Shown piece after piece: positions 24,148-34,710 of a stretch of DNA of 64,000 nucleotides. The position numbers were made by a program, and so were the translations under genes. The notes under the pieces are model-generated. The model worked only from the letters and a program-made list of their open reading frames with translations. It had not been told where the DNA came from and did no database searches. The stretch comes from Chlorokybus atmophyticus (lineage: Eukaryota > Plantae > Mesostigma and Chlorokybus algae). Within the stretch, counting starts at the first letter, position 1. The number at the start of each line of letters is the position of its first letter. The DNA is taken from contig RHPI01003079.1 of assembly GCA_009103225.1 (NCBI GenBank), forward strand, positions 201,163-265,162. Direction: 5' to 3'.

Positions 24148-24413
24148 GCCATGAACAGCCCATGCCACGACTGCATGCGTCACCTGCTGGCATTCAAGCA
24201 CTGGCGCCCTCTTACTCCAGTCCGCCGCCGCCTTCGCCGCCGCCGCCCCTACCGCCGCCTGCAGCTGACATCTCGGACTATCAGAATGCACAAGTCCGGG
24301 AAGTGTAGTGTCAACCCGCGCATTATTAGGGTTGCGCTCGTAAAGTTAGGGCGGCGATAGGCCGCTGGTGCTCTTCTCTGTGTGTGCTCGGCTGGCATTA
24401 TTTACTGCATGCA

Positions 24414-26219
24414 ATGGCAGGTGGTGCACAGCCACGGCGCGCATCGGTCTGCGAAGTATGCAGGTCTTTCGTGGTGAACAACGGCCAGCGTGCACGTCTG
24501 GAGCAACATCAGAGGCAATGCAGCCAGTATGAGGTGATGTTCAGCTTCATCGCCTCATGCTGGCATCACCATTGTCAGGGGATGCATGTGCTTGAGTGCC
24601 GTGGCAAGCACAAGTGCACCTTGCCCAAGTTCTTCCAGCCTCAGTGCTTTTGCCCTGCATGCGCACGCTCTCCATTTGAGTGGCATGGGCTGCCCATGCG
24701 GTACATGCCGTATGCCTACCCGGGCACCATTGCAAATGGCCAAGCTTTCACGCTACTCAACGTAAGTGCAGCGCGTGCCATGCTGCATGATTGCACAGTC
24801 AAGGTTGGAGCTGTTGCATGAATGCACAGCCCTACACTCTCTCACGTGCGGCGTCGCAGAGGCAGCTTGCGCGTTGCGGACGCGGCCGAGTTGACGGCAC
24901 AGATGCGTTTGCGCTGGAGACAGACACCCAGCACACACTCACAGTGGAGGTCAGTGTGCGTGCTTGCAACCTGCTGTGCTGTGTACTGCTCAGCGTGTAT
25001 TGCATAGCACACACTCACAGCGCGCACTGAGAGCATGGTTGCCCTAGCAGAGCGTGCGCGTCAACTGCGTGCAAGACGCGTACAGACGGCGTTGCAGCAC
25101 AGGTGGGTCTGCACTAGTGGGCTGCGACGTCCAAGTGTACTGGCCTGCCGACAAGGCTTGGTATCCAGGACACATATACAAGTACAATACTACACAAGGT
25201 GATTCAAAACACCACACTATTTACCCTATGACCAGCCCGGGTGGAGGGTCTAACTTGTGCATGCTCACGCACACAGGACGTCACAGCGTGCGCTTCGTAG
25301 ATGGCGATACCCAGCATCTCCAGATCGACAAGCACAACGTTGTCGTCTGCCTCAGCTCACAAGGACATCACTATTGCATTCGTGTCGGCGGTTGCAGAGT
25401 CCCTACCACCCGGAAGGCCATACCTCCTTTGCCTTGTCTCCCACATTGGTCAGGAGCCCCCCCTATGCTCTTGACACACACGCCGCAACTCCCCAACGGG
25501 GCGCCGCATCGCCCCAAGTTGCTGGACTTGTTCTGCGGAGGGGGAGGCGCCAGCATGGGCTTGTACCGCGCCGGCTTTGACGTCACTGGTGTGGATATAC
25601 ATGCCCAGCCAGAATACCCCTTCCACTTAATCCATGCCGAGCGCTGACAGTCGACCTGGTTGAGTACGATGTGATCTGGGCAAGTCCCCCCTGCAAAGCC
25701 TTTGCGCGCTGCATACCCGACACACAACGGCGCAAGCACTCTGACAAATGGCAGCACAGCACGGTGCTACATGACATCAGACAGAAGTTACACGAGTCCG
25801 GCAAGCATTACATCTTGGAGAACATCCCCGACGCGTCCATACACATGCGTGCCGACATGGTCCTGTGCGGCACTATGTTCTCGCTCTCTACATTTCAACA
25901 CAGAGTGTTCGAGTCCAGCCCGCCTTTGTCTGTTGACAAGGTTTGTGACCATGCATTACACAGTCTGGATGCGTTGTCTTGACACCGCACTGCACACACC
26001 AACGCGCAGCAGCCCCTACAGCACCAGATGTATCCGATCTATGGGCAAGCGGCTTCACGCGGGACTGTAGCAGGGTGGCAGAAAGCGATGGGCATCGATT
26101 GGATCCATGCAGAGTCTACTCTGGTAGAGTGCATACCCCCGGCCTACTCTGAGTACATAGGCCGCCAGATGTTGAAGGCGCTAGGGTACACTCTGCACGA
26201 TTCATCTCTGTCGTGGTGA
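24414..26219 (+). pseudogene. Unit 1 cargo gene: Cys/His module + Tudor-like domain + bacterial/phage-type C5 DNA methyltransferase
   Basis: In-frame GT-AG exons ~24414-24761, 24830-24949, 25051-25198 and 25277-26219. Tudor VQVYWPADKAWYPGHIYKYN-GRHSVRFVDGD. MTase LLDLFCGGGGASMG (25519), VTGVDI, IWASPPCKAF (25671), YILENI, VLCGTMF, ECIPPAYSEYIG. One 1-bp frameshift (~25640) and one stop (25980). Confidence 0.88.
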
Positions 26220-26389
26220 TCCACTGCATTGTGGTTCATGCACTTATTGGTCTTAATCTTGCACACACATTGATAGCGCTGCAGTTGTTTAAAGTCACAA
26301 TCTCGCTATATGACCTAGTGCGATGAAGACACGAGTCGACCAACGCATTTTGCATCTTCAACAGATACAATCTGCAACAGCACACACCA

Positions 26390-27365
26390 TCACCCATTCA
26401 CAATCTGTACACGTCCCCACATGCACTGCAGCCTCCTGAATTGTGGCATTTTCCAGTTCTCACCATGCACAAGATCATTTACAACACCCAGGCCGCTGAT
26501 ACAATTCCAGCACAATGGCAAGTGGTCCAAGAGCCAGTGCACGTGCTGTAACTGCACCACTTTGTGTAATTTGCATTGCGCATGACAGCATGCATGGTTC
26601 AAGCTCTGCAAAAGCATTGCATTGCACACGCAAGTGTTCAAACTGCGCATGACCAATACACACACAGGCAAGGGTTCAAGGAGCCAGCTTACATGCTGCA
26701 ACTGCACATGCATTGCATTACTTGGCATAGCGCATCCCAATATGCACTTGCAAGCTCTGCACAAGTCCGGCATTGCACACACCGCTGCCAAGAGCCAGGT
26801 GCACAGGGTCATAACTTCAAGCCTCGCAGTGGGACCTGCTGGTAGCGTAGAGCGCCGAGGTCGACACGACCGATCCATCTAGGCTCAATCACACGACCCA
26901 CTTGAAACAAGGCGAATTGCAATGCCGTCGGCATGGGCAACGCTGCCTGGGCAAGCGGCAGCGCCGATGGCGGCGGCGGTCCATCTGCAGCGCTCACATC
27001 AGACGCACCATCGATAACAGGGACCGCAAGACTGCAATTAGAAGAATCCCCCGCAGACATAGCGCCAAGAAGCTTACTCTCTCTTTCTGGTCCAACCCGC
27101 CGCCGCCGCCAACAACCACACCGCCCTGCTCATCCACCTCGCTGCCCCGCCCACACTCTTTAAGTCGTGCATGGTCGCGCCCAAACCACGAACTGTGACG
27201 AGGGTTCGTCGTGCCAAGACTCGCCGACATAACGCGACACCTTCCGCCACCCAGAACGCGGACTTCCAACGAAAGATGTCGACCTTGTGAGACTCTCAGC
27301 CGATCCCCACAACCACCGGCCTGCAATGTCCGGGCGTTTCACGGCAAGGTCGCTGGACAAGCCAC
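26390..27365 (-). pseudogene. Unit 1 unknown antisense gene, 5'-truncated
   Basis: LSSDLAVKRPDIAGRW...GESWHDEPSSQF resembles LSSDLLVLEHVVGG...LEQWHDTDWSPF of unit 2; GT-AG signals on the minus strand. Confidence 0.4.
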
Positions 27366-27785
27366 ACCCAGTCAGAAAGCCAGAGGCCTTCCCTATGGCA
27401 GATTGCAGGAAATGGTTGGTCGAGATGGATGCTCGCGTCGTATGTAGGCCATGAGTAACGTGTGAGCATGGGTGAACTGGGGTAATCGACAGCCGTGGTC
27501 TCTGTAAGTTTATCGTTGATTGTCGGCGGTGTTGGTAAGGTGAACAGCGTAAGTTAACGACCGTTTATGAGCGGTGTTGCATCAACGATCGACTGTGTGC
27601 GTTGTTGGTTGTCGTTTGCGGTCGCCGTTGCTCACGGCAAAGTATATCACTGTCGTCGATGCGGAGGCGCCGGTGTACCCTGATATCAGCTTATGCCAAC
27701 GGTGGTAGTATTCGAATTTGCAAGTGCAGATGAGGCGGGGTGTTTGCAGTGTTGGCTGGGCTGTGTGTTGTGGGCGGTGGCGTCG

Positions 27786-30700
27786 ATGGCGGATGATGCT
27801 AGTCTAGCGTCGCTTTTTGAGGAGCAACGACAGAAGCTCGAGTTGATAGAGGCGGCGAGGAAGGGTCGCAATACAAGCCAGCGTGACTATGCCAGGCGTC
27901 GCCGTGAGGAAGATAAGAATTACATTCAGCAGCTGAAGGAAGAGTGTGGGCTGGTAAAGTCTTGGATGCACGCAACTGGCGTGTTTCTGCATGCATTGAC
28001 ATGTGGGAAGACTTGGAGATGGCAAGGAGATAACCTTGTTTTGGTTCAGGTGCGTGTGGAGGGTGCTTCGTGTGTTCATGCGTGTGTATTGTGTGTATCG
28101 TGCATTGTCTCCACCTGTGACTGCGGTTTGATATGGCAGCTGATATGGACGAGAAGTGTTATGTGCTCGACATACTGACTTTGATGTATTGTGTGAGCAG
28201 GATACCTTGCCGACGCTTGGTGGTGCACCTCTTGGACTATGTGCGCAGGTGAGGTGCGGTTGCATGCTGCATGCTGCGTAGCACTGTAGTTGGCTGCAAA
28301 CCCGTGCTCAATGGTGCATGTTGCAGGAGAATGATGTTGAATTGGCTCTGTCGTCGTCCGATGAGGAGGAAGATCAGGAGAACATCCATCAAGTACTTTC
28401 GCAGCGTAAGAAGCAGAAGCAGCATCATACGCCTCATCAGCAGCAAGTGCCACCAGCCTCTGCACTGCACCAGACACCGCATGGCAATGTGCGCCATGAT
28501 TTGAATGGCAACCGTGTCGTGTTGGGACCGGCCATGTCTCGGTTGAACACAGCGAGAGGCGTACCTAAAACGCCCAAGACACCACTTGGCACCTTGCCAG
28601 GTGGGCGCTTAGCTTAGCCTGATTTGCTTTGCTAGGCGGTACCCTGAAAGACTATGAATCATGTGTAGTAGATGAGACGATGTTGTATACCTATTGCCTA
28701 AATGTGGATTTGAGAACTAGTTTCCACAGCTTGATGCATGTGTGTTGTGTGCCGACCAGGTTCGTCGTGCCAGCGTGCATGCGGATGATGCGTACAGGCA
28801 GACCCGTGTGTTCAGCCAGCTGGAGGTATAATGGGAGTGGGGGGCACGCAAACAAGTAAACATGCTGTGTAGTTGATCCTTCAATGCACAGTCATCTTGT
28901 CAGCAGCTTGTGCTAGGTTCGATGTATTGGCGTTCGATGTAGAAAATGGGGATGTGGTCTGTAAATTTGCCAGGTATCCATACTCAAGTCACCATGTGGA
29001 ATGGCAGAGTGGTATGAACGGGTGTCATTATAGTCTACATCACTATGTATGTAAGCACTTTTTCAACGAGTCGGCAGATTGCGAAATAGGGGACTACAGC
29101 CATATGATAATATATGCTCTGAGCGCCCAACCACTGTGTCTATGCAGTCAGCGACTTTACAAGTTCAGAGTTTGAGGGCAGAGATGGCTTCAGTCAAGCA
29201 GGGGAGAGATCGTGTACAACGCGACTTGGATGCGGCGCTGGAGAGGCTGCGTGTCATGGAATCAAGCGGCAGCTCCAACACCAACAATGCCTTGCAGAAT
29301 GCCTTGCTGGAGGTTCTGCAGTTGCGCACACAATGCGAGGTTGGTGTTGCCTAATCCTGTTTGTATGATGTATGTGGTGTATGTTTGGGTTTGACTTACC
29401 TCTGGCTTGCATGGTGTAGAACTTGCGAGATCAGCTCACACGGAATGTATGTCAAGATGACCAACGTCGCGCAGAGTCTGCACGGGCTGTTGGGGAACTG
29501 GAAGAGGAGTTGGATGCAATGACCCTGCATGCCGAGGTGAGTGGGTGCACAACCTTGCATGCAATATTATATTGACTATCAGAGGCCTCTATGTCCAGAA
29601 GTCGAACATATCACCAGGTGTTAGAGACCAGGGTGGGCGAGGAAGCGGACGCTTATAACGCTGAGAGGAGACACTGGCTGCAGGTGGAGTGCAATCTGTC
29701 AGGATACCGTGGCAAGTTAGTGGAGCTGGAGGACGTGATCGCTAGTCTACGTGAGACTGTGCGCACAAACAGGGCGTGCCATCCATCGCAGCACGATGCA
29801 CGTGTGGCGGACGAGGTGCGCCAGCTCTATGAGGACGATGTGCAGCGAGCAGCCAATGAGGACTGTCACGAATCTTTGGCATGCGCGGTGAGAGATGTTG
29901 CCTCCCAGTTGCTGCCGAGGGGTGCCGTTGTATTCCTGACTGCAGTAGCAGTCAAGTACAATATTACACCTGCGCGTGTACTGCTGCGTGCTGTGAACCA
30001 GCGCTTACCGGGAGCGGGTGTGGTAGTGACCGGCGCCAGGCAACAGGGTACACTAATGATTGCTGCTTGGGCCGATCCTTTGGCATGCCTGTTGCGCCAT
30101 GGGATGAGGGTTACTGAGGTGCCTGCCAGCACACAGCCAACTCGTACGGGTACCAGCGCGGTTGATGGCGACCAACTGCCTGCTGCTGTACTTCGTCACC
30201 TGAACAGGGTTATGGAGGCGGAGAGGCAACGGCATGTCGAGCGCAACAGACAGGAGCCTGATCTGCGCTGCGTGAATTGGCAAGAGGAGTGGGAGAAATA
30301 ATGAAATGAAATGAAATGAAATGCGGACCTGTAGTGCGACAGTTGTTTGGCACACTGACTGGCTACAGTCAGATGGAGCGATTGCCATCTCCTGGTCCCG
30401 AACGGGCTCGTGCTTTAACAATCCTGCGCAATAAGACCGTGTTCCTGATGCACTGTGCATTGTATGCAAGGAGCAAGTTTGCATACTCTCTATTGCATCT
30501 GGCGGTCACGGACGAGGTGGACACACATTCTGAAGGGAACAAGTTAATCAGGACCCTCAACCGCCTGGGTGTGACAGTAAGCCGAAGCCACATCGATCGA
30601 CACATACACACCAGGGCGCTTCACAATATGAACAGCATCGCTCGATTGCAGCCCCGACGTGGTATACATGTGCTGGCATCGATTGATAATCTAAACATAA

Positions 30701-33700
30701 AGGCAGGCCACCAGGCACGCTACAAAGGCAGGAAAGCAGGAGACATCCATGCCACTTCAACTCAGCTTACCTCGACAGCCGCTCGGATGCCTCCAGAACA
30801 GCTGACTCTCGCAGGTGAGTTGTCAGCCCATGGTGATCAGGGAGACCAATTACTGCGAGTACAGGTCAGTCAAACCCGCATCTTGTGGGCAATCCATGTA
30901 CTCATTGTTGGTGTTGTTGCAGCCATCGAGGAATCGCATGCTGGCAGAGTCACTGGTGGCTGAGCCGTGCGTCTACAATATGCCTCCTCCTGCGCCCATG
31001 CAGAGAGCACCAATTGTTGTGCGGAGTGACCCAATCTTGAATTTAATGCCTGAAGAGGTTGCGGCACTGGAGAGTTCCAGAAATTGTTACACAATGCCGT
31101 GTTGATGCGCATGCAAGAGCCGGACCAAACAAGTTTGCCAACACTCAAGGAGGATTGGGCACGGTGGCTGCAACTGGCCACAGGCAGAAGCACTGAAGTT
31201 GCCAACGACATTGAATACCTGCTTGTGTTGCCTTTCTGCCCTGACAATATAGAGAACCTCAAGTTTGCGCTCTTGCAACTGCGCGCCAAGGTTGGCATCA
31301 CGGATTCAACAAGCAAGATCTATGTTACTAGGAACCTGAAGACGTTTGCCCTGATGCAAGCACTAAAAAAGGCAGAGCCGGGCTACTGGGACTGGGTGGT
31401 GCCTTTCCCTGGCGATTTCCATGTCCTGATGAACATGCAGCCCGTTATTATGAAGATGGCCTGGGACGCTGGTCTCGATGCTATGTCCTTGGAAGCCGGT
31501 TTTTCTGCAGCCATGGCACGCAATCATTTAGCAGACGGCTCTCATTGGAAGAAGATACACAATTTTCTGTGTAAAGTCTTGGAGGCACTGTACAGACATA
31601 TGTTCAAGTTGTGGCAGCAGGCAGAAACCGCAGAAATCAAGAACTTGTGCAGAGCTGACCTGGAGGAGAACGGGATCAATGCCCCAAAGTCTGCTTCCTT
31701 CTTCCGCGAATGGTGCGAGGGTCAGTGCAAGACCGATCGTACCTGGCAGTTCTGGTGGAACTTCGTGAGCCGTGATATGCTGCATTACTTTCGGCTATTT
31801 TGTGGTGTTTCCCAGAAGATCTGGCATCTCCGACTGGCCAGCTGGAAGGGTCTGAGCCCGCTTCCATTCGCCTGGGATCGCTACCATTATTAGAAAGTCA
31901 TGACGCTGCATCTTGCAGACCTGCAGAGCATGCCGCGCTCTTTGCTGGATATGCTAGCCGAAGGTGGCTTTGCAGTCAGTCTAACAGGATCGGCTGGCAG
32001 ACTGGTTGCTCTCGATGAAGCCCATGAGTGCCAGGTCAACAGAGATATGAAGATGTCACTGTGCAGGCCCACCACCGAGCAGCTCTGTCAGAAGTCATTG
32101 TACTTGGGGGAGCGCAGTCAAGCACACAAGCAACTAAAGCGTCAGCTACTGCTTGACAACAACCTGGTCAGCAACGAGCTGGATGATGACGCCGACGATG
32201 ACCACGAGAGGGTAATGCGGACATTGGCTACCGACGCCGCCAGGTGTGGCAGCGATCTAACGCATCTTGTTGAGCTGCTGGAGGATACACAAGCCTTGGC
32301 AAGGCCACACGCGCTGCTCTTGACGCATCTTACCACCGGGATACCAGCGGCGGCTGCTGCTTCAGCAGATCTTGCGCAACACTACCAGGTTGGTGTTGAG
32401 GCCATGAAGTCGTTTGTGGAGGTTGACGTCTGCCGCGAGGCACCTGCGTGCAAAGTCAGTCGCAGATTCAACTTGAAAACAATGGCACCTGCTAAGAAGC
32501 GCATGAGCAAACAGGCCACCGTGATCAAGCAGTACCGTCAAGAGATGTTGGTGGCCAAGCGCCTGGCTGCCAATGGTGCTAGTCAGGAGACCGTCACAGC
32601 AAGATACTGCGAGCATCCACGGGCGCTGTTTGAGGAGCTCACCGGCAAGATGCGGTCTAGCGACAAGGCCAAGTTGATGGCGCAGGTAGCTCCTCTCGAC
32701 AACACATGCTGGAGCCGCATGTCCCCGCAGGGCGTGGAGTGCATCATCCTGGAAGGCATGTTCCTGATTAATCAAGAATGCCACATGCTGCAAGGCACCA
32801 TCAAGGACTATATCCAACACCTGATGCGCACCTGCGTGCTCAGCCGGCTCGCCAATCAGACCGTGCGCAGCGTGCAAGTTGTGTTTGACACTCCACGACT
32901 CCAAACGGGGGTCAAGTCTTCACTGCAATGCGCACGTGACGGTGCGGCGCAATCCTCTGGTGGTCGTCTAACTCTGGACACTTAGCTGCCGAGATTGTGG
33001 CGGGATGTGCTAAGAGATCGTAGCTTGAAGCGATCGCTGTGTGAACTGATAACAGAGCACATGCCCAACATGATTGCGGAGTACCTGCACCCCGACCAAG
33101 AGGTTGTATTCGCTGGCGGTTCAGATATAGACGAAGTTGGAGACCTTGCGCGTGTCGTGGCACGCGATTCGGACAGCCCTGCACGCGTATATTTTGTAAA
33201 CGACTATGTTTGTAACCATGGAGAAGCTGACTCTCGCGTCTGGGTGCATGCGCACAAATGCCCCTACAACAACATCCTCATATACTCACCTGACCGATGT
33301 GACCATGATTGGCCTGGCGATCCCCGACGGGTGGGATGCAGTGTTGAAGGACGTCACAGTACAGGTGGCACATCACTCCAGTGGCTCCACTCGACCACCC
33401 TTCCTGCACTTGTCTACACTGGAACAACAAGTCAACAGCATGCACCAGGTGCAGAGCATCGCCACCGGGTTGCGTGGCTGGTGGCTTCTTCTGGTGTATG
33501 CAGAAACTGGTTGCGACTACACCTCATTCATTGGCGGCATCTCGAAACAGTTCATCTGGCGCAAGGTCCTGGCACAGCATGCAACATTCATCACCGGCAA
33601 TGTTAGTGTAGTGGAACATGAGATGTGTTTCGCTATACTGCGCCTCATTGGGTGCTCTTACTTCGAGAAGTACAGGTCCAGCTTCCACAGCGGCACTCTT

Positions 33701-34312
33701 GCATCTCTGTACTTCGAGTTGCACGGGCCTGAATCAACCACCAGCGATAAGGGACGATTGGCAGACTGGTTAGAGGCGATCCACAAAACAGTGTGGAAGA
33801 AGATTGCCACGCCACGAGATACCATGCCCACAGTCGATGCACTATGGCTGCATGCACTTCGCTCGGTGTATGCAGTGCAGATGTGGATGCAGAGCTGCAA
33901 TGGTGACATGCACATGCCTGACTTGTCTGATTATGGTTTCACTGAGGTCGATGGGTTATGGACTGCTGTCAAAAATCTGCCAGAAAACATGGTGGAGGCG
34001 AAAGCTAGGAGGCAATTGCTGATGAAGGGTTGTGGATGCAAGACTAAACAATGTATCAGCAAGAGATGCAAGTGTCGCAAGGCAGGACAAGCATGCACCG
34101 ACAGCTGTTCGTGTTTGGGATGTGACAACCACGGCAATCACGTGGACGAGGACGCTAGTGCAGCTCCTAGTTGCCACACAACACCCCCCCCGCCCGTGGT
34201 CAACCCAACAGCCAAACAGTCAACACAGGCAATGGACAACGATTATCCAGATTCTGTCAACTCAGACAGTGATGAGGAAGACCTCACCATGATGGATATG
34301 GACGACGTCTAG
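27786..34312 (+). pseudogene. Unit 2 gene 1: coiled coil + Academ-like DDE transposase + XPG/FEN1-like nuclease + Cys-rich finger
   Basis: Multi-exon coiled-coil N-terminus. Transposase motifs LASIDNL (30685), VTRNLKT (31333), PFPGDFHVLMN, WHLRLASWKGLSPLPFAWDRYHY, ALDEAHECQVNRDMK (32026). Nuclease motifs VVFDTP, CNHGEADSRVW, ETGCDYTS. Cys finger GCGCKTKQCISKRCKCRKAGQACTDSCSCLGCDN. Stops and frameshifts present. Confidence 0.82.
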
Positions 34313-34710
34313 GGCGGCCTGCTACTCTCGCAGAAGGCGACGCGAGCAGCAAGTTCTACCATAGCCACGCCCCACTGCACCTCACCCGACCCGCCCAACC
34401 TTCGGCAACCCAATGTACTGCACCTGTCAACGCCGCCGCCACCGGCAGCATCCTCTTCCGCAACCTCCTCCGCAACCGCCGCCGCCTCCGCCGGATGCCC
34501 AAACCGCAGACACACAACCACATCAACATAAGGTGCCGGCACCGCCGCCGCCACCGGCAGCTTGCTCCCCCGCCTCTGCCTACACCGCCGCCCCCGCCAG
34601 CCTCGAGAAGAAATCTGTGCTGGCTGGTATGTAGCAAGCGCATTTTTTTAGGGTTTGCAACGCGTGTTTCTAGGGTAGTGCAGCTCAGCAACATGTGTGT
34701 TACATTGCAA

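Noticed and set aside
25277-26219. Bacterial restriction-modification system or contaminant contig
   Set aside because: The MTase is joined to upstream exons by GT-AG introns conserved in both copies, lies among eukaryotic TEs, and has no recognisable cognate restriction enzyme.
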